Made by a program: the position numbers and the translations under genes
Origin: a virus
IMG/VR virus record: IMGVR_UViG_3300044995_000110
Coordinates: 1 to 59,104 of that record
DNA: 59,104 bases
Strand: one strand, 5' to 3'
The notes under the pieces: model-generated
What the model saw: only the letters and a program-made list of their open reading frames with translations
Databases searched by the model: none
Told to the model about the DNA's origin: nothing
Shown here: in pieces, positions 41,084 to 50,301 of the stretch
How positions within the stretch are numbered: position 1 is the stretch's first letter
Layout: every line of letters starts with the position of its first letter

Positions 41084-41359
41084 TTACGGGATGAGCCCGA
41101 GGAGAAAATACTCCTCTCCCCGGAATCGGAACGCCGACCCCTCAGGATCGGCGCACATCCTTTCCTCGCCACGGGCGAGGAGAAAAGGACCAGCTGGCAG
41201 CTGGCCCTTTTCCGGGAACCAGTCCCGGATGGCGGCATGGACCATGCCCACGGTCCAGCCCAGTTCCTTGGCCACCTGTTCAAAGGTGGCCAAGCCGGCG
41301 TAATCCTCGCCGGCTGCTTCTATGCGCCTAATGGCGCGTGTGACGAATTTTTCTTTCAT
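41084..41359 (-). CDS. Hypothetical protein (possible HTH)
   Basis: This 91-aa ORF contains ATFEQVAKELGWTVGMVHAAIRDW. Confidence 0.55.
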   Translation of the reverse strand: MKEKFVTRAIRRIEAAGEDYAGLATFEQVAKELGWTVGMVHAAIRDWFPEKGQLPAGPFLLARGEERMCADPEGSAFRFRGEEYFLLGLIP

Positions 41360-41381
41360 GGCAATGGGCCTTTTTATCCCC

Positions 41382-41457
41382 CCAGCGCGCCGGAGTAACG
41401 CGCTGGGAGTGGTTGTGGGTTTTTGCCTCCACGCCGCCGCCCTTTCGAGGGCGGCGG
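41382..41457. promoter_or_regulatory. Two GC-rich intergenic hairpins; the second belongs to a repeated family
   Basis: The first is ccagcgcg-N9-cgcgctgg (41382-41406). The second is ccgccgccct-ttcg-agggcggcgg (41434-41457). The second, with its flanking cctccac, resembles 31822-31858. Confidence 0.55.
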
Positions 41458-41491
41458 GGGATGCCGTGTTTATTTACGTTGCTTCGTGGTT

Positions 41492-41809
41492 TCAGTTTGA
41501 GTTGTAGTCGTCATAGCTTCCCCGCAGCCAGTCGGACCCGACCGGGTTCCCAAGCCAGTAACGCTGGCTCACGGGGACCTTAATTGTGCGCGGGGCCGCT
41601 TCCCCGCAAAAGTGAGCCTCGGCCACGAGCGTGGCCTTATTAATAACGTAATTCGGCTCGGTGTGCGTCGCACCGACACTTAACAATCCAACGAGTCTTG
41701 GCGATTCGATGGATTTAATCCTTTTAGTGTCGTCGAACAGCTCGACGATAAATCCGTCGAGCTTCTTGATCTTGCAATAACCTTCATCGCTGAATTGATA
41801 TGTTTTCAT
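41492..41809 (-). CDS. Hypothetical protein
   Basis: The ATG at 41809 follows an AAGGAGCAG SD. The product is 105 aa. Confidence 0.65.
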   Translation of the reverse strand: MKTYQFSDEGYCKIKKLDGFIVELFDDTKRIKSIESPRLVGLLSVGATHTEPNYVINKATLVAEAHFCGEAAPRTIKVPVSQRYWLGNPVGSDWLRGSYDDYNSN

Positions 41810-41845
41810 CTGCTCCTTGGCTATGCCGTGCAGCACAATAGCCAC

Positions 41846-42308
41846 CCAGCCATTGCGCTGCCTGGCGTTTTTTACAGTTAGGGGAAAGGGGCTGGGCGGC
41901 TACTTGGCTTAACGCGGCCAGACGCGGGCCGCCCAGGATCTCTCATCCTATCGGTCGGGCGCTACTCCGCCTACGCGAATGAGATTGCCATGGTCCACTT
42001 GCCAGGCCAGACCATGGCGTTCCGACCTCCGCTTGTCGCATGACGAGGCCAGGCCGGTTAGGGCTTTACGCAGAGGCCCCAGGTGATGGGCTTACTCCAC
42101 ATCCACCAGGCTTGCTGCCCTAACGGGCACCGGGCTAAGGGCTCGGACCTTTCCCGGCCGCCCCCTATACGAAATCCATGGCCCCCCTTCTTCTATATAA
42201 TGGATACCTTACTGGCCAAAGAGGCCCATGGGGGGAGGGTAGTGGGGCACACCCCCCCCCTGTGCGTCTGCTTATTTTACACACCCCCTCAAAAAATTTC
42301 TTTATTGT
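41846..42308. other. 463-bp GC-rich non-coding region downstream of terL (an ncRNA or a packaging/recombination site)
   Basis: Neither strand has an ORF over 25 aa with protein-like composition. Stems include ctgggcggc/gccgcccag (41891-99/41929-37) and ccatggtc/gaccatgg (41989-96/42010-17). A C9 tract lies at 42252-42260. Confidence 0.5.
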
Positions 42309-44099
42309 TTAGGCCTCGAATGGGTCTGAGAAGGCTGTTGGGTCGAGTTGTTGTGCTGTGGAGAGGAAGTCGTTGTGGGATTGGTTATTGAAGGTGGTGT
42401 ATTGGAAGCCGTGGATGGAGTGGGATGGGAGGAAGTTAGCGCGTTCGATGGCGAGTTGGAGGAGTCCGAGCATGGAGTCGGCTTCGTCTGGGGAGTGGCC
42501 GATGCGTGATTTCATATCTTTTTTTGATTCGACTTGGACGAGGCCGCCTGGGAGGTGGGAGAATTTGCGGGATTGGAGTTGTTGGGCGCATTTGGGTGGG
42601 ATGCCTCGGATCATGGAGGCTTTGATGAAGTCGATTGCGGTGAACCAGATTTCGGTGACTTTGTATTTGTATTTATCTTTAGCTCGGATGGATGGGTTGG
42701 TGATGGAGGCGGGTTTATCGGAGGCGTTGCCTGAGAAGTCGAGGCGGAAAATGCCGCGTCCCCAGGTTTGTTCGATGATGTCTGCGAGGATGTAGCCGCC
42801 GGCGGTGGTATCGAGGCCGAAGAAGTAGGGGGTGACGAAGCGGGATTGGCAGGCGTGGCGGACGGCGTTAGCGATGGCGAAGTTTTCTGGTTCGGAGGAG
42901 GAAGCGGGTGGGGAGAGGGTGATTTGTTCGGAGATATGGAGGGCGCGGATGTGTTGGCCTGTGTTTGGGTCTTTATCGGCGAGGGTGCCGATTTGGCCGA
43001 AGGTGAGGCAGTAGGAATCGCCGCCGGATTTGTAGGCGGGGTCGAGGAAAGCGAGGTTGATGAAGTTGGTGTGTAGCCATTGGGGTTTATTGAGGGCGCC
43101 GAACTTCATGAGGAAGGATTCGGTGTAGATGGCGTCGCTGGTGCCGTCTGGGGGCCAGAATCCTCGGACCATGCGCCAGTAGCCTTTGGTGTTGGTATTG
43201 CCTTGGTCTTTTTCGATTTGGTCATCTATCATTTCCTGGTTGATGATGCCTGTGTATTTTTTGTTGTCGGTGATGGATGGGGAGGACAGGCCGTCGAAGT
43301 GGATGCAGATGCCGCGTTTAGTTTTCCAGTGGGTATCGTTGACGGAGATGGAGTCCCAGCCTTGGATGGGTTCGCAGAGGAGGCCGTGGGAGTCGAAGTG
43401 GGACTGTGGGTTGCCTAGGCCGATGAATTGATACATGGGGTTTTTGGAGAGGTTATCCATGGCGTCGATGACGGCTTGGCCGACGGTATTTAGCTCGTCG
43501 CAGATGATAAAGACTCTTGGGTTTTTGAGGCCGACGAGTTTGGCGCTGGTTTGGGCTTCTTTGCCTTTTTCGGTGGGGAGGACGGAGATGGAGGAGGTTT
43601 TTCCGGCGGTTGGGTCTTCGGGGAGGTAGATGATGGGGGTGGGGGTTTCGATGAGTTTGCCTGGGAATTTTATGGGGTTGCCGTCGGCATCGACGGCGCC
43701 TCGGTAGAATTTGGTGACATCTTTCCAGATGCGGCGGCGGGAGAGCTCGACCGTGGTGGAAAGGCAAATGACCATGGTATTGTGTGGGGAGCAGAGCCAA
43801 TTGACGACGGCCCATTGGGCGGCGGAGAATGTTTTGGAGGAGGAGCCTGGGCCTGCGATGGTGATGTATTTATGGCCTTCGCAAGCGGTTCGGGCGAATG
43901 TTTCCCACCAGGCGTGTTGTTCTACCCATGGCCAGAGGGCGGAGGTGATGCGGCGGTAGTGCTCGAATTTACCTAGGCCGCCTTGCTCGGGGCCGTAGCC
44001 TTCGCGGAACATGATGAGTTCTATATCGAGTTCGGTGGCACCTAGGGGCCATTCTCTGCCGTAGCGGGTGATGATTCTTCCGGTGGGGCGGGTGCTCAT
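42309..44099 (-). CDS. terL: Terminase large subunit
   Basis: Walker A-like AGPGSSSKT and Walker B VFIICDE are present. The nuclease motifs are FLDPAYKSGGD, GLDTTAGG and SPDEADS. The protein is 596 aa. Confidence 0.9.
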   Translation of the reverse strand: MSTRPTGRIITRYGREWPLGATELDIELIMFREGYGPEQGGLGKFEHYRRITSALWPWVEQHAWWETFARTACEGHKYITIAGPGSSSKTFSAAQWAVVNWLCSPHNTMVICLSTTVELSRRRIWKDVTKFYRGAVDADGNPIKFPGKLIETPTPIIYLPEDPTAGKTSSISVLPTEKGKEAQTSAKLVGLKNPRVFIICDELNTVGQAVIDAMDNLSKNPMYQFIGLGNPQSHFDSHGLLCEPIQGWDSISVNDTHWKTKRGICIHFDGLSSPSITDNKKYTGIINQEMIDDQIEKDQGNTNTKGYWRMVRGFWPPDGTSDAIYTESFLMKFGALNKPQWLHTNFINLAFLDPAYKSGGDSYCLTFGQIGTLADKDPNTGQHIRALHISEQITLSPPASSSEPENFAIANAVRHACQSRFVTPYFFGLDTTAGGYILADIIEQTWGRGIFRLDFSGNASDKPASITNPSIRAKDKYKYKVTEIWFTAIDFIKASMIRGIPPKCAQQLQSRKFSHLPGGLVQVESKKDMKSRIGHSPDEADSMLGLLQLAIERANFLPSHSIHGFQYTTFNNQSHNDFLSTAQQLDPTAFSDPFEA

Positions 44100-44136
44100 A
44101 GGGGGCTGGCGTTAATATGTTAAGATAAAACAGTTG

Positions 44137-44165
44137 TTGACATTTATGGGTTATTCTACTAAAAA
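44137..44165 (+). promoter_or_regulatory. Promoter (TTGACA-17-TAAAAA) feeding the ATG at 44174 (or 44165)
   Basis: -35 is at 44137-44142 and -10 at 44160-44165. An in-frame ATG at 44174 lies 8 nt after the -10. Confidence 0.55.
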
Positions 44166-44479
44166 TGTTATCTATGCGACAAGAAAGTATGCTGCTGGAG
44201 GAGAAGTTAGCCGAGGATAATGGGGCAGGGGAATTGGATGTAGAAGAACGCAGTCGTGTGAAAAACGATTGTTTCCGGGAGTTTTGGGAGGAGAAGCTAG
44301 GGACGAGTGAATTTTCTGATTACTCTGCCTATCTTTGGACTCGTTCTCTGCACGTTGAAGCACTTAGGGTGGCCAATTATAAGATGTTGCCGATTGATCC
44401 CAATGTTTGGGTGGCTGTTTTGAAGCTGGCTGGGAAAAGGGTCCCATTCAACCGCAACAATCCCGCTGCTGTGTATTAG
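44165..44479 (+). CDS. Hypothetical protein; the true start may be the leaderless ATG at 44174
   Basis: A 104-aa ORF, the first gene of the late plus-strand block. Confidence 0.6.
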   Translation: MLSMRQESMLLEEKLAEDNGAGELDVEERSRVKNDCFREFWEEKLGTSEFSDYSAYLWTRSLHVEALRVANYKMLPIDPNVWVAVLKLAGKRVPFNRNNPAAVY

Positions 44480-44488
44480 GCTATTAAC

Positions 44489-45133
44489 ATGGGCATGAGA
44501 GTCCTCAAAGACCAATCAACCACCCCGCCGGGCGGGTTTGTGCATACGGAGTCAGGGAAGCATGCTTTAGGCCCTGGGACTGGGGAAGCCTGGTCGGAGG
44601 CGACTTTTGACATTTTGGTGAATCGGGTATTGGACTGGCTCAAGTCCAACAAGCATCCAGTCCCACATGACTTGGAGCGTCGGCTAATGGAAGAGCAGTG
44701 TGACCATCACCCAGCCCTTTGCCGGGATGAGTTTAACGATACTCTTGGACCTAAGAAAAAATACGCTGGGTTTTCGTGGCAGGAGGTTTTGGGGGCGGGG
44801 CAAGTGTTTGGCCATGCCATTAAGGCGTTGGCGGCAGGAGAAAGCCCGTTTGTTTCATTGAGTGAGGCGGAGCGGCGTTCGTCTATTTGCGCAACTTGCA
44901 GTCACAACGTGGAGCCGGATGGGTGTGCGCCTTGCGGGCTTGCGGGGGCATTAAGTTCCACTATGTCATGGCTTTCCAATCGTTCCACTTCCCATGATTC
45001 TAGCCTAAGAGCTTGCGTTTCTTGCGGATGTATGCTTAAAGGCAAGGTGCATCTGAAGAAAAAAATACTGCATGCTCACACTCATCTTCGTTCCCCTTAC
45101 CATCCAAGTTGCTGGATGCTAGAAAAAGAATAA
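44489..45133 (+). CDS. Cys-rich hypothetical protein
   Basis: This 214-aa ORF has CATCSH..., CAPCG and CVSCGC clusters. Confidence 0.65.
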   Translation: MGMRVLKDQSTTPPGGFVHTESGKHALGPGTGEAWSEATFDILVNRVLDWLKSNKHPVPHDLERRLMEEQCDHHPALCRDEFNDTLGPKKKYAGFSWQEVLGAGQVFGHAIKALAAGESPFVSLSEAERRSSICATCSHNVEPDGCAPCGLAGALSSTMSWLSNRSTSHDSSLRACVSCGCMLKGKVHLKKKILHAHTHLRSPYHPSCWMLEKE

Positions 45134-45150
45134 CACAACCATGTATTGCT

Positions 45151-45708
45151 ATGACCACTCAAATCAATTGGCCTGAACTTTTGGCGTTCATCCGCGACCG
45201 TGCGCGTGTCTTTTCGGGTGAGCCAGACATCCTTGTGATGGGCATTGCGGCTTATGACAGTCTCGCCGCTTGGGTGCGGAACAACTTGCAATTTGATGAT
45301 TTCCCCAATACTATTGCCGAACACGGCAATACGCCCTTGCGGATCGTTCTAGACCCCATGCTTAACCCCAACCAGGCTTACGCTAGCCATAGTGCCCGCA
45401 AAGTCCGCGAAGCCCTGCTCAATGGCTATACAATTGAGCCAATTACGGTTTTGCAGCCTCCCCCAAGCGCCATACCCGCCGATGGTGCCACGACGCAGGC
45501 TCCTCCTCCACCTGCCAGCACTACGGATAACATGCCGACGGCTGCAGCCTTGGATCAGGCTAACGATCCCACCAGCTCCGCCGCTCCTTCGGAGCTGGTG
45601 CCCCCAACTTCCCCCACCCAAGAAGTGCCATTTGTGCGGAAGCGACGCGGACGCCGACGGCTAGGCTTTGTGCCGCCTACTGAACAACCAACTGAGGTAA
45701 TGGCATGA
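45151..45708 (+). CDS. Hypothetical protein with a Pro/Ala/Thr-rich C-terminus
   Basis: The ATG at 45151 lies in frame within ORF 45109..45708. An ATGA overlap couples it to the portal gene. Confidence 0.6.
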   Translation: MTTQINWPELLAFIRDRARVFSGEPDILVMGIAAYDSLAAWVRNNLQFDDFPNTIAEHGNTPLRIVLDPMLNPNQAYASHSARKVREALLNGYTIEPITVLQPPPSAIPADGATTQAPPPPASTTDNMPTAAALDQANDPTSSAAPSELVPPTSPTQEVPFVRKRRGRRRLGFVPPTEQPTEVMA

Positions 45709-47954
45709 CGGATTCCTTTGCTAAGACTGAACTGGCCAACATTTCCGAGGATGGGGCAGTCCCCAAGCGCCGCATCCCTAATAGCAATGTTGCTTATTCC
45801 ATCTGGAAGAATTTTAAGGATGCTGACGACCGCACCGGGGCTGTGGACCGCGCTGCCGTGGAACGCATGTATAATGGCGCGCGCCCATTCGACCACGAAG
45901 AACTCAAAAGAACCGGACAGGCCCACCGAGCCAACTTCAACGATGGCACTGCCGCAGCCATCTTGCAGCAATCCGAAAGCGCTTACATCGACCTAATTTC
46001 TTCGGTAAATGATGTCTGTCACATCACCGTGGACCTCCCTGACGCTGCTTTGGCGCAGGACTGTGGCAGGATCATGACTGAAGAATACACCAAACTTTGT
46101 AATGACCAAGATGACTATGCCTACGCCGTGCAGTTGTTGGCACGTGAGTTTATCAAGCATGGCTTAGTGGTTGCGCTTTTCCCGGACGAATTTTCTCTTT
46201 CCTTTGACGTTAAGCGTCGCGGACAATTCCGCTGTTCCTTGGACGTTAAAGCCAATGAGCGCTTCATTGACGTCTGCTTCACCGATGTCGAAATGAAGCC
46301 ACATGAGCTTTATGAATACATCCGCAACCCCCAGCGCGCCAAGAATGGCGGATGGAATCGCGAGGCCGTCTTAAAATCCATTGCCAAGGCGTGCTCTGCC
46401 AAAAGTGGCGATGAGAGTATCGAAGAACTAGAATTTCGCTTGAAGAATAACGACCTAGGCGAAAGCTTGGGTAGGACTGTAACGGTTCATCTAACTCATT
46501 GTCTCGTCAAAGAGTTTTCCGGCAGGGTAAGCCACTACCTTATAAATACGGAGTTCCCTGATGCCGGCTTTTTGTTTGAGCGCCCGGAGCGATTTGACGC
46601 CATCAACCAGTGCATGGTGATTTTTACGTTTGGGGTAGGCAACGGGACAATTGGCAGTATTCGCGGCCAAGGACATGCCATTCTCAATGCCATCCAATAC
46701 TTGACGGCGTCGCGTATGCAAATGTTGGACATGAGCCGCATGTCGAGTTCTTTGCCTGTGCGTTGGAATAGCCCAACGGGCATGCAACAAGCCCCAATTT
46801 TCTACCAAGGCCCAATTTCCCATATCCCGCCAGGCGTTGACTTTATTTCAGTCAACTTTCCCAACTTAGGCCAAAACGTCATTCCAGTGATCGCGGAATT
46901 GCAAAGGATCATTCAGAATAACACAGGGGCTTATCACGTTCGCCAAATCACTCCAGACGGGCGCGAGCGAACCGCCACCGAAGTGGAAGCGCAAATCCGA
47001 CAGCATGCCATCCTTTCAACAGCTTCCATGGAATTGTTCTACCTCCCTTGGAGGCGCCTGCACAAAGAACGTGTCCGCCGCCTTACCAGCCCGCTTGTCC
47101 GTCAAAGTGATAAAGGCGCAGCGGAAATTTTTGCGTGGCGGAAGAGGTGCATGGAACGTGGCGTGCCATCGTATGCTTTTGAGCGAGTGGTCAATGTCGA
47201 GCCTGAACGGGCAGTGGGCCACGGCAGTAGCGGCATGCGAATGTTGGCCTTCCGCGAGCTTGTGGGCATGATGTCTATGTTTGATGAAGTGGGGCAACGC
47301 GAAGTCCTCCGCGCATTTGTTGCCTCCCACGTTGGGCCAAGACAGGCCGAACGCATTGTTCCGCGCTCTGCCGAGCCACGCCCAACGGTGGACAGCGCCA
47401 TTGTGCAGCTCGAAAACAATGACTTGTCCGAAGGCAAACAGGTGATCCCAACGTCCAACCAGTCGCACATGGTCCATATCCCCGCCCACCTGCAAGCCAT
47501 GGCCGCTGCCTTGCAAGGTGTTGCTCAGGGCCAAGCCCAACCAGAGGCAGTCATGGCATTTCTTATGGCCGGTCTCCCCCACGTTCAGGCACACCTTCAG
47601 TTTGTCTTGCGCGATCCAATCCACGCCAATCAGGTTGGGCAATTTACCAAACAGTATCAAGAAATCGAAGCCCAAGCGCAAAGTCTTTTGAGCCAACTCC
47701 AAGCCGAGGCCGCCAAGCAACAACAGGCCCAAATGCAGCAAGAAGCCGCTCTGGCAGGGCAACCTTTGAACCAAGAAGAGCAGCTCAAGCTGCAAGACAT
47801 GGCCATGAAATTGCAGTTGCAGAAGGCCGAACTCGAAAAAATCAAAACCCAGCAACAAATTGCCATCGAGCGCCATCAGGCATCCATGGCCGAAAAAGCG
47901 CAGAAAGCTGCGCAGCGTGATGTTCTTACCTCCCTCAAGGTAGCCGAGAAATAA
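45705..47954 (+). CDS. Portal protein (by size and position)
   Basis: This 749-aa ORF lies upstream of the scaffold-like and capsid-like genes and has a Q-rich C-terminus. The family was not verified. Confidence 0.65.
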   Translation: MTDSFAKTELANISEDGAVPKRRIPNSNVAYSIWKNFKDADDRTGAVDRAAVERMYNGARPFDHEELKRTGQAHRANFNDGTAAAILQQSESAYIDLISSVNDVCHITVDLPDAALAQDCGRIMTEEYTKLCNDQDDYAYAVQLLAREFIKHGLVVALFPDEFSLSFDVKRRGQFRCSLDVKANERFIDVCFTDVEMKPHELYEYIRNPQRAKNGGWNREAVLKSIAKACSAKSGDESIEELEFRLKNNDLGESLGRTVTVHLTHCLVKEFSGRVSHYLINTEFPDAGFLFERPERFDAINQCMVIFTFGVGNGTIGSIRGQGHAILNAIQYLTASRMQMLDMSRMSSSLPVRWNSPTGMQQAPIFYQGPISHIPPGVDFISVNFPNLGQNVIPVIAELQRIIQNNTGAYHVRQITPDGRERTATEVEAQIRQHAILSTASMELFYLPWRRLHKERVRRLTSPLVRQSDKGAAEIFAWRKRCMERGVPSYAFERVVNVEPERAVGHGSSGMRMLAFRELVGMMSMFDEVGQREVLRAFVASHVGPRQAERIVPRSAEPRPTVDSAIVQLENNDLSEGKQVIPTSNQSHMVHIPAHLQAMAAALQGVAQGQAQPEAVMAFLMAGLPHVQAHLQFVLRDPIHANQVGQFTKQYQEIEAQAQSLLSQLQAEAAKQQQAQMQQEAALAGQPLNQEEQLKLQDMAMKLQLQKAELEKIKTQQQIAIERHQASMAEKAQKAAQRDVLTSLKVAEK

Positions 47955-47987
47955 GACCCAATTAGCCAAGAAATAAGACGTCTATTT

Positions 47988-48275
47988 ATGGACACACTCG
48001 AACAATGGCACCGCAGCCCCGACAAATTGGCCTTTATTGAGGCCATGAACAGTCCAGCCGTCAAAAGAGCATTTGCGCTGGTGGCGCAAATTGGCCTAAG
48101 CCCAGACCTGCAGGCCAAAACCGATGAGGAGCATCGAAACGCCCACATTGCGCAACGCGGATTCTTTAATTGCCTTCAAGTTTTCAACCACTTGGCGGGG
48201 CCACCTCCAGAGCCTCAACTCCAATCCCCCGCACCATTTGACTTTAAGGAACCAGAGCCAACGCCCGATAACTAA
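47988..48275 (+). CDS. Hypothetical protein
   Basis: A 95-aa ORF between the portal and scaffold genes. Confidence 0.55.
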   Translation: MDTLEQWHRSPDKLAFIEAMNSPAVKRAFALVAQIGLSPDLQAKTDEEHRNAHIAQRGFFNCLQVFNHLAGPPPEPQLQSPAPFDFKEPEPTPDN

Positions 48276-48325
48276 TATCCCCCGCCTTTTCTTAGATAAA
48301 ATCAAAGCCAAAACACGAAAATCCT

Positions 48326-49597
48326 ATGCCTGACCCTAAACTTGTATCCGAAATGACCACCATACTGTTCAACTCTCCTGCTGAAAATGGGGATGCCGAA
48401 ACCAATGAGCCTCAAGCCGCAGTAGAGCCAGCCGAACCAGCGGAGACCCCCGCTCCCACCAACGCAACTTCGGAAGCCCCATCCGAATTAGGGCAGACCA
48501 AGCCAGACAAGGCACCGCAAGAAGCCCCCAAGGATGTCCTCGAAAAAATCATCCCCAAAGACAAGCAGCAAACCCCACCCGCCAAAACAGAACTCCCCGA
48601 AGAACAGCCCAAAGGCAAAGATGCCGGCAGCCTTTGGAAAAGCCTCCGATCTACGCTCAAATCTAAAGAACAAGAACTTGAGTCGATCAAGCCGCAATTG
48701 CAGGCCAAAGAAAAAGAATTGGCCGAACTTCGCGCCGCCTTGGAACAGGCGCAAAAAGCCAACACGTCAGGCGAGCTTGAGCTTCTTAAAGACCAAATCA
48801 AATCCCTAAAAGAGCAATTGGCAGAACGCGATAGGGTCATCTCTGCCGTCAAGGTGGAGCACTCGCCCAAGTTCAAGGAAGCTGTTGCTGCTCCTCTGCA
48901 GGCAGCAGAAAAGCGGATTGCCGAGCTTGCCAAGCGATATGGCGTCAAACCATCGCTTCTTCTGGAAATTGCCGATGAGCCTGACCAGGAAAAGCGCATT
49001 GCTCTTGCGCGAGAGGCTGGAGAAACCTGGCACCCCACAGACCTGCTTCGCCTGGAAAACGAGCTAGACAATGTAAGCTCATTGAGGGCCAAGCGGGACG
49101 AGCTGCTCAAATCAGCGCCCGATGTTGTTTCTGCTTGGGAAAAAGAAATGCAGGAAGCCACAGAGAAGCAAAGGCGGCAATTCATGGAAGAAAGTAAGGT
49201 GGCCTTCCAAAAGAAATGGGCCGACTTCCAAAAACAGGTGCCACTCTTTACCGAAAGCCAAGATGACTCCGATGCAGGAAGGGCTTGGAATAAGATGCTG
49301 GCCCAATTGCAGGCCGACGCCATTGAAATCGACAGTAAGCCGCTTTCCCATGAGGAACGGGCTGAACTCACCTACAAGGCGCTAGCCTTTGACCCGTTCT
49401 TTAAGATCGTCCAGAAAACCTTTGCCGCCATGTCCGAAGAAATCAACCAGCTTCGGAAACGAGATGCGGCCACCCGTGAAGGGCAGATTGATCTTGGAAG
49501 TGGTAGCACTGGGACTTCGGAAAATGCCAATGAGCCACTCCCCGCAACCGCCAGTGAGTTTGCCGGCCAGATTGCCAGCCGAATTGGGCTTCGATAA
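48326..49597 (+). CDS. Scaffolding protein candidate
   Basis: This 423-aa ORF is acidic, predicted to be highly helical/coiled-coil (E/K/L/A/Q rich), and lies between the portal and capsid genes. Confidence 0.55.
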   Translation: MPDPKLVSEMTTILFNSPAENGDAETNEPQAAVEPAEPAETPAPTNATSEAPSELGQTKPDKAPQEAPKDVLEKIIPKDKQQTPPAKTELPEEQPKGKDAGSLWKSLRSTLKSKEQELESIKPQLQAKEKELAELRAALEQAQKANTSGELELLKDQIKSLKEQLAERDRVISAVKVEHSPKFKEAVAAPLQAAEKRIAELAKRYGVKPSLLLEIADEPDQEKRIALAREAGETWHPTDLLRLENELDNVSSLRAKRDELLKSAPDVVSAWEKEMQEATEKQRRQFMEESKVAFQKKWADFQKQVPLFTESQDDSDAGRAWNKMLAQLQADAIEIDSKPLSHEERAELTYKALAFDPFFKIVQKTFAAMSEEINQLRKRDAATREGQIDLGSGSTGTSENANEPLPATASEFAGQIASRIGLR

Positions 49598-49630
49598 TCC
49601 ATCCAACACGACAACAACGAAAGAATTGCC

Positions 49631-50008
49631 ATGTCCGAAAATTCATTGATCCGGGGCACCATCGACCTGCTGCGCATGGCCGGGGTGAAGCTTATCGAAA
49701 AAGACACCCGCCGCTTTCTCGAAATTACCAACAGCCGCTTGTTTAAGGGGAGCAAGGGACTTTACCTCAACTTTGTGCTCAAGCCAACCCCTAATGGCCC
49801 ATACGGGGATTACATGATTGTCGAATCCCTCAGCAAAAAAGAACGCGAGGCCAATAAGAAAGCGGAAATCATTGGCAACGGCGTGTTCCTTCATTCCAAC
49901 AAGGGCAATGGGCGGGACAGTAGCAGCAAAATCCCAGCCCCCCAAGGCAAGGTTGAAGCCAATGAGCAGGGATGCCACATCATTAAGAATGACGAAATTC
50001 CGTTCTGA
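49631..50008 (+). CDS. Small protein ending in an SSB-type C-terminal tip (NDEIPF)
   Basis: The C-terminus ...IIKNDEIPF* resembles the bacterial SSB tail DDDIPF. I did not recognise the body as a canonical OB-fold. Confidence 0.6.
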   Translation: MSENSLIRGTIDLLRMAGVKLIEKDTRRFLEITNSRLFKGSKGLYLNFVLKPTPNGPYGDYMIVESLSKKEREANKKAEIIGNGVFLHSNKGNGRDSSSKIPAPQGKVEANEQGCHIIKNDEIPF

Positions 50009-50010
50009 CG

Positions 50011-50256
50011 ATGGGCCAATTGGGCGAGCCTGTGCAAGTTACACTAGAAACGCTTGATGCGGTTTTGCGAGGGGCTTTGCGATTGGGCCACATAGACAGC
50101 CTCATGGAGGCGGAATGGGTGATGGATGCTGGGCCAGATTTTCCCGAGTGGCTTGACCAAATAAATGCCCTCATGCTAAAGCACGGATGCTGTTTGTATG
50201 TGAGTCGCGCGGGGGATAAGACCAAGCTTATCCTTAGCTATGACTCACCGTTTTAA
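50011..50256 (+). CDS. Hypothetical protein
   Basis: An 81-aa ORF directly downstream of 49631..50008. Confidence 0.55.
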   Translation: MGQLGEPVQVTLETLDAVLRGALRLGHIDSLMEAEWVMDAGPDFPEWLDQINALMLKHGCCLYVSRAGDKTKLILSYDSPF

Positions 50257-50272
50257 TCAGCAAAAAAAATTG

Positions 50273-50301
50273 TTGACACAGCATCAACGTAAAATTAGTT
50301 T
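50273..50301 (+). promoter_or_regulatory. Promoter candidate (A-tract, TTGACA-17-TAGTTT) upstream of the capsid gene leader
   Basis: -35 is at 50273-50278. The -10 at 50296-50301 is weak. An A8 tract lies just upstream. Confidence 0.4.

Noticed and set aside
41846-42308. Resemblance to tmRNA (GGGG... start, ...CTCCACATCCACCA on the plus strand) or to RNase P RNA (GGGAAAGGTCCGAGCCC on the minus strand, against the conserved GGAAAGTCCGGGC).
   Set aside because: No T-arm (GGTTCGA-type) precedes the CCA-like end, there is no tag ORF, and the other conserved RNase P regions (the P4 partner ACAGAANCCGGCTTA and the GGTGAAA loop) are not found. The similarity is limited to one short G-rich string.
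42358-43976. A stack of plus-strand ORFs (60-145 aa) across the terminase gene.
   Set aside because: All are Gly/Val/Asp/Glu/Phe-rich products of the extreme G-richness of this strand. terL on the minus strand carries complete ATPase and nuclease motifs.
47016-47969. A 317-aa minus-strand ORF over the portal 3' half.
   Set aside because: It is antisense to the Q/A/E-rich portal C-terminus. Its composition is Leu/Gly/His/Phe-rich and it has no translation signals.
48412-49371. A 319-aa minus-strand ORF.
   Set aside because: It is antisense to the scaffold-like gene. It is extremely Ser/Ala/Cys/Leu-rich and low in complexity. This is the typical reverse-frame artefact of a Glu/Lys/Ala-rich gene.
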